This document shows, one piece after another, positions 43,136-55,640 of a DNA stretch of 64,000 bases. How positions within the stretch are numbered: the stretch's first letter is position 1; every line of letters starts with the position of its first letter. The notes below the pieces were generated by a model. The model did no database searches, was not told where the DNA came from, and saw only the letters and a program-made list of their open reading frames with translations. The stretch comes from the human T2T-CHM13v2.0 reference genome, Homo sapiens: assembly GCF_009914755.1 (NCBI RefSeq), contig NC_060934.1. The stretch is one strand, 5' to 3'. The translations under genes and the position numbers were made by a program.

Positions 43136-44444
43136 AGGGAATCGAGATGTCGAGCCAGTCTGACAGAACGCGAGCCAGGCCTCGGTACCCAGGCAACTGC
43201 TCAGCGCCGCCTGCTTCCTCTCGCACCCACAGTCACGGAGCAAAGAGGCTCCTGCTCCCCTTACCTGTTGGCAGTTTGGGGGGAATCTCCAACATACCCC
43301 TGCTATGGGGGGTGGGGATTGGCTGCTTTTGAGTAGGAGGGACGCTCAGGCTCAGGTGGCTCTGAGGAGGGATGTTCCTTCATTATCTAACCTAAGCATC
43401 TGGGGCCCCTTGGCCATCCTCAGTCCACCAAGTCTCCCACCTGCTGAATTCCACAGCCAAGCCCTGCTGGGCCTGCTAAGGACTATGGAAGAAAGAGAAA
43501 ACTGCCAGATGACAGAGGGTGACGTCTTTCATTGGATGAACACATTCTCGAAAAACAGCTCACCAGAGCCTCTGTGCATTTACTATCGCCACTATTTCTT
43601 TTACATGGTTTACGGTGTGTGAACCCCATTGAATAAGATCAGAAAAGCAAAATAAAAAGTGTAAATGTTCGCATGGGGAAGCATGTTTTTCATTATTTGC
43701 AAAAAAATAATGATTGAAAAATGTAAGAATGTAAAAGGATCACTATAAATATTAAAAATAATAAGTTTTCTGTGACATACATAGTTTAAAATAAATAAAC
43801 AAAAGTTAATTGCCTTATCATATGCCAATGACAATCATTCTGATGATAAAATGGATATAAGACTCCATAGAACAATAGCAAAACCACAATATGAAGGACC
43901 TAGGAATAGTTACCAAGAAATGCACGGGAAAAGTATATGAGGAAAACTATAAAATTCTACTAAGGAACATAAAAGAAGATTTTAATAAGTGGAGAGGCAT
44001 ACTGTTTTTTCAGGAAGACTCAATATTGTAAAAATGACAATACTCCCCAAATTATTCTTTATGCTAAACATTATACCAATAAAATTCCAGCAGAATTTGT
44101 GTGTGTGTATGTGTGTGAGGTCAGTTTTGGAAATGAATAAAATGATTTGAAATTTCAATATAAAGGATAAACATGCAAAATAGTCAGAAAATTACTGAAC
44201 AAACAAAATATGAATAATGAGAAGAAGTTTATTGTACCATATATTAGACAAAGTATAGAATTAAGACAGTGCTGTAATTGTGCAAATACAAAGAGATCAA
44301 AATGTAGAAGAAGAAATGCAGAAACGATACCCAAGTATGCATAGCAATTCAACATGTGCTTCGAGGTGGTATTCGAAGTCAATGAGAAAAACAAACTGTT
44401 TAATAAATGGTGATGCGACCTCTAAGTAAGCATTTTTGAAAGGA

Positions 44445-45385
44445 GGGGGCAGAATTGCTGGGGTGTCACCCAGGTGTCCAGGTATGTATTTCACAAGGAG
44501 AAGAGTCGCAATGAAGAGTCTGCCTTTTACGTAACGGTCATTTTATTATTTTTAACGTTTTTCACGTTTGTATTATGAATTTGTTGACTGTCTTCGGAGT
44601 CTTTGTATGTATTTGAGAGTTTTCAAGCAGATGGCAGTAAAGAATCTTGTTTGAACATAAATTAGCATATTATGGCAATTTTTCATCAAATGAAAGTCAT
44701 GTGCTTAGTTCAGATATGGTCGATATACATCATCCTACTTAAGACTTGGAGAGAAAGAACAAGCTCAATTATTGAAAGATCTTGTAAATCTAGCAATATC
44801 AAATATGACCAGAGCCACTGAACAATGACAGCCTTCTCTACTGATGTATTCATCTATAGACATATTTTTTAGAAAAGAAAAATAAATAAAATATAAACAG
44901 ATCTCTTATCAGTCATGTCCTGGCTAAGACTTTGAACCTTTCATGTTGTAGTTTATATCCTTTGCTGTTTGCATAATTTATCACGATAATATTGCTAAGT
45001 TCTCAATTTAAACTACAAATACCTTCCGTTGCCATGAATCACTATGTAATTACTAATGTTTATTTTCTATTAATAAGTTATTTTATAAACAATAATTTTT
45101 GCTCCTCACCTCATTGTTAGGTTAGTTGAAAATGTCAAGGCTTCAGCCAAGCTTGGCTCCGACGCCTGCAAGCCAGACCCCCTCTCAGCACAAGGAGAAC
45201 CTTTGAAGAGGCACATCTTCCCTGGAGAACTTGTCCTTGTGTTCACATCCCCAGGGTCTAGCAAAGGATGTGACACATAGTCGTCTTATCATTGAGAAAT
45301 AGTATATTAACTCTTTTTTCTGAGAAAAAGTCATCTTTTTCTTATTTGTACAAGGGCATCCTATGGGGTAGAAGAATCCTAGTGC
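44445..45385. mobile_element. Probable old hAT-type DNA transposon remnant (family uncertain)
   Basis: Non-L1 AT-rich insert with GC-richer ends that breaks the colinear L1; resembles Arthur1/MER69-type elements from memory only. Confidence 0.3.
45102..45281 (+). repeat. 180-bp dispersed direct duplication, copy 2 (ectopic)
   Basis: GC-richer block dropped into AT-rich context; matches 42929-43108. Confidence 0.95.
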
Positions 45386-47559
45386 ACATAACATATACCC
45401 AAATTAAGTCCAGATGTATCCTAGCTTTAACACAGAAAATAAAGCCCCCTATGAAGCAGAAGAAATAAATGATCTTGAGAAGGAGTAGGACTTCTAAGCT
45501 TAAATCAGAGGGTGAAATCATAAAGAAGAAAAAAGATGGAAAGATTTAGCTAGGGGGAAAAAGCATGCATATAGCAAACAAGTAGAAATTTAAAAATAAG
45601 ACAAGCAAAAAAAAAAAAAAAAAAAAAAAGCAAACATCTACAAGGAAAATGCAGACATGTGACAGACCAGAAGGGCAGATCAAGGGGAGTCCAGAGAAGG
45701 AGCTGGTAGCCTTATGCATAAAAGCTTCCTCCAGATCAATTGGAAAAGGTTAACACTTCATATAGAAATGGTCAAACACATGGAAATGGAAATAAGCAGA
45801 TAGAAAGATGTTAAGAATCACTCATAATCAGAAAATAAAAATTTACCTGAAACGTGTATGCCTATTAGGTTAAAAAGAATAAAAATATGCAAAAATGAAA
45901 CAATGCAATCATATGTAATGTTGAATATGATATGAGATAATAGACATTCTTAAACTGTCACGGGGGGAAATTTTTAAAAATATTGTGAAGGAGACCATTA
46001 AAATGTAGAACAAACTTCAGTAGTGTGCATACTTTCAAATGTTGCTTCCAATAATCAAATCCAGAAATTCATGGAAGATAATATAAAAGCAATTTTTTCT
46101 AAGTTGTTTATAAGAGGAAAAATATTTTAAACAACTGGAACTTCATATAGCAGAGAACTGTTCAGCTAAATTGTCAAATGTCCATAAAATAAAATACTAC
46201 ATAACTGTTAAAATAATGATGCAAATTTATAGTGAACATTCCACAGCCCCGTCTTGCACTATTGTGTACTTGCATACAAGCACAAAAAACACATCAACTC
46301 TGGCGTTACATCCACCAAAAATCAACAATGGATTTCTACATAACTGTGAATAGTTTAATAATGAGCATGGCTTTATTTTATAATCAGAAAAACCATAAAG
46401 CTATCTTTGAAGAAAATATTTTTGTTCAGATTAAAATAGCATGCCCTTCTGAACAACTAAAAAGTAGGGGTGCTCAACAGCCCTGTTAGGCAACAAATCT
46501 GAGAGAAGATTCTGGGATGTCACTGCATGTTTAAGGAGCAAGTATGTTTCCAGTTGTAGTCGGGGGGTCTTGCCTGGCCCAACCTCATGCATAGTAGCCA
46601 TGCCAGGGACAGCCACGTGGAGGTGGAGGATGGGGATGATTGGGATGAGATGTCAGCTGGGGCTATACCTGGGCCAGAAGAATTGAGCCTTCCATATGCA
46701 TTCCTGGGGCAATCCCTATGAGAGGGGGTTTCTGTCTGAGGGGAGCTGGCCCAGACCTCCAGTTCTGCCCCTGGTTGGTTCAGAGTATTGAGATCCTGAC
46801 TCCCTCTCTCCCTCCCTCCTGCCTCACCACCAACGTTGGCTGCCCCCTGAGCAGAGCTTGGCACAGGAGTCCAGACATGTTGGGGACCAATGCCAAGATG
46901 TGCAGCATCCCTGCATCTGGGAAAGTTTCAGGTCGGCCTGGGTGAGCTGGATTTAGACACTGATCTCTGGACTCCCTCAGTGTTCTGAAGAGGCAAGATG
47001 GGTCTCAGGCTGGTGAGCTTCAGCTGTCTCTAAAGTTCTTGAGTACTTCTGGGGCAGCTGACCCTGAGCCCTGCATGTCCAGGAGATGAGAATCTTGCAG
47101 GCACTGCTGTTTAATGAGTGAGAGGGGGCAGGGGGGCCTTTCATTAAAGGAATATCATGAAGAGCCTAATACTCAGGACTCCCAAGAGCAGAGGCCAGCC
47201 CCTTGAGCTCATCTTGACTCCCCACCATCACCTCTACCCAGGGACCTCCGGCAGCTCAGGAGAAAGTGGACTCAGCAGAAGATGGGGTGGGGGTATAGGG
47301 GGAGGGGGAGGTGGGGGTGGCTTCACACTCACCCCAGCTGGGGGCAACTAGCCTGAGAAATGAAATCAGGTTCATTCCAAGACCAAACTGCAATGCAAGG
47401 CTTTCTCTTTTCACAAAGCCACCAACCCCCTAAACAAGGACAATGAAGGAAGAGAGAGCCGTGTTTAGCTGCCCAGTGTGTCTCATTTCTGCAGCCATTC
47501 CGAGCTGTGGACAAATGAGCTAGGCTGGGACTGGTTGGCATGGGCCATCTGGAGATGCC

Positions 47560-48600
47560 AAGAACGTGTGCTGATTTTGTCATCTTTCTGCATCTTTATA
47601 GTGTTTCACTGGTTGAAATTGTGGTGATAACATTATTTTGAATTTTGGAAGAAAAAAAGGAATTGAGACTGTATCAATTAATTTCAATGAAGATTGCAGT
47701 CTGTGTGATAACACGGAAAATGCTTATGGTAAAGTGCATAGTGAAAAAAAAGCAGAATTAAAATGTACTTATGTAGCCTGAACACAGCCACCTAGACAAG
47801 GCCATGCCGCTTCTGGTGAGTGGCAGATATTCCATAGATGGAGTATAAGATAAATGAATATGTTTATTAAAGGGATGGGTGAAAAAATATCCAAAGAAAT
47901 GTTCACAAAAGACTGCAGGGAAAGATGGAAAATAATTGTGAGGAGAAAAGAGAATGTGGGTGATTCAAACATTTTTGTTACTTTCCAAATTTTCTTCAAT
48001 CTCTATTAATTTAATATTTAAAAATCATTAAAATAGAATCAGATTCTAAACCAAACTTCTAGCTTAGAGGTAATACAGGGCTGGAGGAAAGAGTTAAACT
48101 ACAAACATTAGGGAATAATTAGACAGCTTCAGAATGTGGGGTGTTCCACAGACGACTATCTTGGGTTCTTCAAAAAGACATTGTTATAGAGAAAAAGGAG
48201 GGAGGTGGACTTTTCCCAACTAAAGGAGACCAAAGTGACATGACAGCAACCAAAAGCAAATGTGGATCTAAATCGAATCCTATAAAAGGCATTCTTGAGA
48301 TAATTAGGAAAATGTGACTTTGGTCTGGATGTCAGATAATATTATGAAGTTATTTATAGTTTTTTCAGTGAGATAATGTATTGTGGCTGTGTAGACAAAT
48401 ACACCACTTTATTCTTAGGAGATTCAAGGTGAAGTATTTATAATTTAAGTATCATGAGGTTCCAACTTTCAAGTAGTACAAAACAAAATATGTTGCAGAA
48501 ACCTCTACAGAGGGAGATAGTTAATATAGGAAAATGTGACAATCATTAAATTATGCATTCGCATTATGTTTTCATCATTTCTGTTTTTTGAAATTTTTAT
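47560..48600 (+). mobile_element. L1MC/ME 3'UTR remnants
   Basis: ctaaaggagaccaaagtgacatgacagcaaccaaaagcaaatgtggatc; ttcttaggagattcaaggtgaagtattta. Confidence 0.5.
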
Positions 48601-49344
48601 AACAACACATTGGGGAACATTTAAAAATAAATATATATGCATACGTGTATGTGTGTGTTTGAATACATACACACATGCTTGCATACATATTCGCCTGAGC
48701 TCTCCAGGTCATTGCAAGAGGGGTGGACCCCCAGAAGCCATGGCTGGGGTGTGACTGGCTTAGGTGGAGATGCTGAGGGCTGGGATCACATGGATCAGGC
48801 CGATTTCCTCATTGCCTGCTTCAGCACCTCTTTGGGGTTCTGTGCACGCAAACTGCCCTCCTGATGGTACCTCTCTGTGCACCTAAAAGCCCATAGGCAG
48901 CCCCTGCATCTCTGGGGACAAGGAGCCTGGAGAACCAGTGCCAGTCTACCCCTCCGTCTCCTTAGGGGCATCTTCCGAAACAAAGAAGGTAGCCATTGCG
49001 CTCCCTGGCACGTATGGATGTATCCTATTCAGGACAAGGTCCACACGGACATTCAACTCCTCTGTAGCCTGCAGTAGAAACAACGGGGAATAGTGCTGGA
49101 AGATGGGCAGGATAACCATTCAGAGGAGCAACTGGCTGGGGCCCCAAAGACCCAAGGGCACCCCTGAGGTAAGGTGGTTCTGTGGAAATGCGGCTGTCCA
49201 GGGCTAATGAATGGGACTAATGGTAGAGAGAGATGCTTCAGTTGTGGGGTGTACAAGGCACAAGGCACATGACATTTCAAGTAGATGGAATCAGAGAATA
49301 AGCATTGCAATTTAATTCCATGATGCAATTCTATATATTCTTTA

Positions 49345-51720
49345 AAAAATATAATTCGTGTGCCATAAACTTAACTCTCACAGCGTACAATTCAGTAGGT
49401 TTTAGTATAGTCACAATCTTCTGCAACCATCACCACTATCTAATTCCAGAACATTTTCCTCCCCGCAAAAAAACCCTCTGTACCCATTAAACAGTCACTC
49501 TCCACTATTGCCTCCTTCCAGCAACCACTAATCCACTCTCTTGGTTTTTTTTTTTTGAGACAGGGTCTCAGTCTGTCACTCAGGCTGGAGTGCAGTGGCG
49601 CGATCTCAGCTCACTGCAACCTCTGCCTCCTGGGCTCAAATGATCCTCCCTCCGCAGCCCCCCACCAAATAGCTGGGAGTACAGGCATGAGCCACCATGC
49701 CCAGCTAATCTTTTTTTTCTTTTTTTTTCTTTTTGTAGAGGCAGGGTTTCACCATGTTGCCCAGGCTGGTCTTGAACTCCTGAGCTCAAGTGATCCACCT
49801 ACCTCAGCCTCCCAAAGTGCTAGGATTACAGGAACCAGCCAGCACGCCTGGCCTAATCTGCTTTCTATCTCTATGGATTTGCCTGTTCTGGATATTTCAA
49901 ATAAATGGAATCATATAACACATGGCTTTTCTGTTAGTTTCTTTCATTTAGCATAATGTTTTCAAGGTTCAGCTGTGTTGTAGTATGTATCAGTAATTCA
50001 TTCCTTTTGTTGTGGCAAAACAAATCACATTTCATTTATCCAATCAGCAGTTGATGATCATTTGTATGGCTTCTACTTTGGCTATTATGAATCATGCTGG
50101 TATGAACCTTTGTGTAAATGTTGTGTTTGTGTGTAAACATGCATTCTCAGTCCTCTTGGATACGTACCTAGGAGTGGAATTCCTGAATCATATGAGGAAT
50201 TGCCAGATTTTTCCAGGGTAGCTGCACTATTCTACATTCTTACCAGCAATGTATGGGGGTTCCAGATTCTCCATATTCTCACCAACATTTGTTATTTTTT
50301 GTCTTTTTCATTATAGTTGTCCTGGAGGGTATGAAGTGGTTTTGATTAACATATTTCAAAAGACCAATGATTTTAAGCATCTTTTTGTCTTCTTATTGGC
50401 CATTTTTATATTTTTCTTTAAAGAAATGTTTATTCAAGTCTTTTGTACATTTTAAAATTAGGTTTTTTGTGTTTCAATTGCTGAGTTGAATGAGTTCTTT
50501 TTTTAATGCTAGATCCTTATAAGACATACAATTTGTCATTTTTTTCTCCCATTCTCTGAGCTACTCTTTCATTTTCTTGATAGTGTCTTGAAGCATAGAC
50601 AGTGTCTCAAAGCATAATAGTTTTTGATGAAGTCAAATTCATCTCCTGTTTCTTTGGTAGATATACTTTAGGTGTCACATCTGAGAAACTATTGCCTATT
50701 CAAAGGTCATAAAAATTTACACCTATGTTTCCTTCAAAGAGTTTTATAGCTTTACATTTTACTTTTTGTGTTTTGGTCCATTTGAGTTATTTTTTATATA
50801 TGATGTGAGGTAGGGGTCAAAATTAATTATTTCATATGGATATCAATTTGGCATACCATTTGCCAAAACGGCTATTTTTTTCTCCATTGAAATGTCTTGG
50901 CACTCTTGTTGAAAAATCAATTGACCCTAAATGTATAAGTTTATTTATGGGTTCTAAATTGAATTTCATTAATTTATATGTCCATCCTTATGCTAGTATC
51001 AACCTATCTTTATAATTGTGCCTATGTATTAAGTTTTAAAATTGGGAAATGTGAATCCTCCAACTTGGTTCTTCTGTTCATGATTGTTTCGGCTATTCTG
51101 AGTCCTTTGCATTTTCCATGTAAATGTAAGATCAGCTTGAATTTTAATAGGAACTTAATTCATCCTTTAGATTGACTTGGGGACTATTAACATTTTAACA
51201 ATATTAAGTCTTCTAACCCATCAACATGGGATTTTTTTCTATTTTTTACGTCTTCTTTCAATGAACTTTTGTAGTTTCCAGTGTATATAGTTTCCATTTA
51301 TTTTGTTAAATTTATCTCTAAGTATTTTATTAATTTTTGATGCATAAAAAGTAAAATTAAAAAAGCTTTTAGGTTCATCATCAGTTTTCCATAAAAATAT
51401 AGCAATATAAAATAAAACATAATTGTATACAACTACACAATTGTGTCATCTAACAATAGAGATAGTTGTACATTTTTCTTTTCAAACTGAATACCTTTTA
51501 GTTCTTTTCCAAGCCCAATTGCCTTAGCTAGAACCTCCACCTGAAAGCTGGGAGAATGGACATCCTTACCATGCTCCTGATCTTAGCGAGGGGTAATCTA
51601 CCATTAAGTATGATGTCAGCTGTGGGTATTTCACAAGTGCCCTTAATCATGTGAAGATACTCCCTCCTGTTTCTAGTGTGTTGAGTATTGCTTTTTTTTT
51701 TTAATCATTAAAAGGTTATA
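49345..51720 (-). mobile_element. L1MB-type 3' end and ORF2, antisense
   Basis: gtacaattcagtaggttttagtatagtcacaatcttctgcaaccatcaccactatctaattccagaacattt; gtacctaggagtggaatt; aagtcttctaacccatcaacatggg. Confidence 0.88.
49545..49853 (-). mobile_element. AluJ inside the L1MB
   Basis: gagacagggtctc...ctcctgggctcaaatgatcctcc; TSD taatccactctct/taatctgctttct. Confidence 0.93.
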
Positions 51721-53216
51721 TACAGCCTTTTGAAAAACACATATTGGTGGAATTTTTTAATGCAGAAAAATGAGTCCAACACAATGTTAAGAATATAATT
51801 TAAAATGAAAAATGTTATCTAGTGGACTTCAATTATAAATGGAGAAAAGCATAGGAAAAAAAACGGAAAGAATTAATAGTGTATCTTTCCAGATGGTAAG
51901 ATGATGGATGCTCATTTTTCTCTTCTTGAGAATTTCCTGTATTTTTCAATAAGTGAACATATTACTTTTATTATCAGGAGGGACAGAATCACTAAAAATC
52001 ACAATAAATACAATTATTTTGAATTTGAGGGAGGGGTAGTGAAAGGAGGGAGAGGGAGGGAGAGAGAGAGAGAGAGAGAAGGAGGGAGTGCATGCAAACA
52101 CACGCCAGTGATGAGGTGAAAACTAGCACAATGTGTGTGCTCAGGGCAAGGAGTTACGAGGCTGCATTCTCAGTGGTTGATGGCAGGTGTCTTAGTTTCT
52201 GGGTGAGAAAATGAGAAAGCTCTGGAGCAGCCAGAACCCTTGGGGATGGCTTCTTGGAGGACATGGAGATGCTCTTGAGAGTGAATATTCTAAGAAGCAG
52301 CAAGCCATGAGCTACAGCACAGAGGGGAGGGTCCATCTGTGCTCAGCAGCCAGAAGGCTCCTTGGGGGGCTAGAGTGGGATCCTATGTGAGAATTCCTGT
52401 GGGGATCAGCCTGTGATGGGTCTGCTTAGGCACAGGGGTGTGAACTTGAACCCACAGACAATAAGAGCCATGGACCTTTGTTGTTTTGGATGCCTTGGTT
52501 AGTTGAGTCCAGAAAACCATGGGTTTCCATAACTTGAGAGGACTGGGAGGTATTTGAGTCAGTCCCACCCACTCCTGCAGGTAAAATGACAGGAAGTGCC
52601 AGAGACCAGAAAACAATGCACATGCACTTTACTGTCTTGGAGGTAAAGGGTGAGGATGGGAGTGCCTTGAAGGCAGGGTGTCTTTTAAGTGACTGCACGT
52701 TTGAATTCCCACCGCAAACTACCTGGCCTACGTCATGTGATCAATAAGGGAAATGAAATTGCTGGTCAGCTTTAGGCTATGATGGCCTCAATCCCTTCCC
52801 CTGCCCAGCTAAACATTGTAACTCATATTAAGAAGAGTTGTCTGGGATTATTTCTCCACTTGTAGAGTTTAAATCTGTGTTCCTTTTAGTGGTGGAGAAC
52901 ACAGTTGTTGAGGACTTCAATATCTCCATTTCTCAAAAGCCTGAAACCCTGACACAATCTCTGCTGCAGAATTGCAGCACAGAAAACACGTTTTGAATAA
53001 ATAACTGGATGAAAGTCCCTCAGAAATATGGGCTCAACCACCCAAAGTGTGGCTCAGAGCTTGGACTTAGTAGCTCAGGCATCCTTGTTACCCAGCTTGC
53101 AATGAACCGATCTGCAAAGTTCTATAAACCATCTCTGAATATTGAACCAAAAATCTTTGTGAAAGTTCTTCAGGAGAAATATTAGCCACTGCTAAGTAAT
53201 TTACTTTTCTTTACTA

Positions 53217-53522
53217 TGGACTCAACAAACTTTATCTGTAAAGAGCCAGATAGCCTCGGGGCATATTCCACCCTGCCATGGTAACGTGAAAACAGCCATA
53301 GATAACCCATAAACGAAGGGCCGTGGTGTTCGAACAAAACTATATTGGTGGACACTGAAATTGGAACTTCCTGTAACTTTCATGTCACCAAATATTATTC
53401 TCCTTTTGCTTTCTTTGTCAGCCCGTTTAAAAATGTAAAATCCATTCTTACAATCAGGCTGTATACAAAGAAGTGGTGTTGGAGCTAGGTTTGGCCCACA
53501 GGCCAGCCTTGGCTAATCCGCT
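53217..53522 (+). mobile_element. MER58B (hAT-Charlie)
   Basis: caaactttatctgtaaagagccagatag...ggacactgaaattggaacttc...tttaaaaatgtaaaatccattctta...tttggcccacaggcc. Confidence 0.85.
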
Positions 53523-53944
53523 TTAAGAGATGAACTTGAGAGAGCAGAATCAACAGCCACAGTACAAGCTCGTTTGTCTGACAGGCTCTCTCTTCCCCAA
53601 GTTGCACAATCATGGGACTCTCATTTCAGGAAGGAAATCAGTGATGTTTTCAGTAACTCAACTTAGGGTTTCCGCATCACTCTATCTCTAGACAGTCTCC
53701 GTTTTGTTGTTGTTGTTTGCTCCAGTATCCCTTTCTCTTTCTAAATTCCCAGCCAATGTTTTGCTCCTTGGAGGCACACGTCTTGCCGTCCCGAGTCAGC
53801 GAACGAGCACACCTGTGACCCACCGCACGGGCGACGAAAACCGGAGACCGGGAAAATGGCTTCCCTCTTTGAGTTCCTGAGAAAGAGCAAACTTTCTATG
53901 TGCTTCTCTTTAAAATGCAACAATGTAAAGGTCACAGAGGAGGA

Positions 53945-54400
53945 GATGAAACTCAGAGTTGTAATAAGGCAGGAGAAATAAAAAATAATGACAGAAATAA
54001 ATTGTCATAAGAGGGGATACAGTTATGATTTATTGTGATATTCTACAAATTTGGAGGTGATTAAAAGCCACCTAAAATTCACATTAACAAGTCACATAAA
54101 AATGGAATTAAACTAGTGGGCATAATGTGGCAGGATATAAAGAAAAATCATGACAGAAATAAATTGACAGAAGAATGATACTATTCAAGTTTTACTCTGT
54201 CGTGCCACCCTGACAGGAGCCTAGTATTTTAATTTCAGAGTTGTGGTTGAGTTTTTGGAGTTCATTAAAGGCCCGCATTAAGAATCTCATAAAAGTGAGG
54301 AGAAATTAGTGACCATAATGTGGCAGAGGAAATAAAGAAACAATAATGACAGAAATAAATTGACAGAAGAATGATACACTTAATGTTTCACTCTGACACC
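53945..54400. repeat. Ancient diverged tandem triplication (periods 162 and 196 bp) of an enhancer-like module
   Basis: Core ATGACAGAAATAAATTG(A/T)CA(G/T)AAGA with TGACAG at 53989, 54151 and 54347; shared flanks tttggag...attaaa and tagtg..cataatgtggcag. Confidence 0.8.
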
Positions 54401-55290
54401 CTCTATTAATAGGGCCGCTGCAAGCTGGAACAAATGTCATTCATATTTTAGCCAAAGTATACCACTAATTAGGCCAGCTCTCTGCACTGGAATTAGATTT
54501 GAGATCTCTCACCTTTAGAGTGGAACCATTTGAATTCTAAAGGAAAGAGCTGGTGACAGAAAAAAAAACTTTCTACTTGGGCTTTTCTAATGAGATAAAA
54601 TTCCCCCTTCTCCCCATTTCGCAGCTATAATTGCTGATTATGTTGTTACACAGCCGCGGCTCTCGGCTCTGTCCTCCCGTCATCATGATCTAGTCTGGCA
54701 TATCAGGAAGCTTCAAACGCAGACTGGAGTGGTTTGAGTCTAATTTAGCCCTCATTTAGGCCGCAGGTACCACACAAGGTAAACACGGCATTGTTATAAT
54801 TAATTACCCCTCAGGCCGCGCCAGGCCAACTCTGTTTCAGCTGACCCTTATAATAATAAGGCTTCCGGGCATATTGTATTTCTTTTGACAGATTAATTAG
54901 AAATTCAGCCGTGGCGGTACAAAGCAACTCAGTCATGAATATTTAAATGGCCTGACACAAAAAATCATGAAAGGGCTGCTGAACTACATGACGGACAGGG
55001 GATATTAGGCAAGTGACTCTAATCAATAATCTCTTGATCTCTTACATATTAATACACTGCCTGCTGTTATTAAGCTCCGTAATAAGGAAGGGGAGAGAAA
55101 GTTAGTGTAGCTCTGCTGTAGGCCCGGCAAGGCCCCCAGTGATTACGCTAACTGACTGCGAAAATGCACAGAGGAGCCCGGCCTCAGCCTCTTCAATCTA
55201 ATCCAATCTTAAGGAATGGCAGCTCTGAGTAGCACCGACTGGATAATTATTGGCGCTGACAAGGTGAGGGCGTTTGCAGGCAAATGAGCG
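54400..55290. promoter_or_regulatory. Candidate enhancer / CNE block next to the CpG island
   Basis: Repeat-free; CTATTAATAG (MEF2 consensus, 54403-54412), TGACAG (54554, 54886), TAATTA/TTAATTA homeobox sites, TCATGA/ATGAATAT POU-like sites. Confidence 0.5.
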
Positions 55291-55640
55291 GGGAAGCAAC
55301 CCTCAGTCCCCAGACCACCCAGGGCCCGGGCCGCGCTGCTGCTCCGTGTCGGGCCGGCGGCCGGGGGGACCCTGCCCCGCGAGGCCGGGCCGGGGTGACT
55401 GTCGCGGGCCGGGGCTGGCCGCGCCTGCTGTCGGGGCGGCTCTGACACCGCGTCGACCAGATCGGCTCTGGTCCCTCCGCTCGCCTCTTCCGGCTCCAAG
55501 GCCGCTGCGTGAATTAAGTGGCAGAGGCGGCTGAATATCATGTAAATTCATGACCGGCAGTGCGCGTCCTCCCAGCCCAGAGCGAGCCGCGTGCGTGCAG
55601 CTCCGGAGGCCCCGCCGGCCCACTTGGGCCCCACCCCTGT
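55290..55640. promoter_or_regulatory. CpG island (orphan; no linked gene seen)
   Basis: Very GC- and CpG-dense (gggcccgggccgcgctgc...cgcgtcgacc...gcgagccgcgtgcgtg) with GC-box ggggcgg. Confidence 0.75.

Larger units (their letters stand above)
43760..46400 (+). mobile_element. Old L1M ORF2/3' remnant interrupted at ~44445-45385
   Basis: ggaaaactataaaattctactaaggaacataaaagaagatttta; ggaagactcaatattgtaaaaatgacaatactcccc. Confidence 0.65.

Noticed and set aside
53945-54400. CRISPR-like repeat/spacer reading of the recurring ~30-bp core
   Set aside because: Mammalian DNA, only three units, long unequal spacers homologous to each other, no cas genes; it is a diverged tandem duplication.
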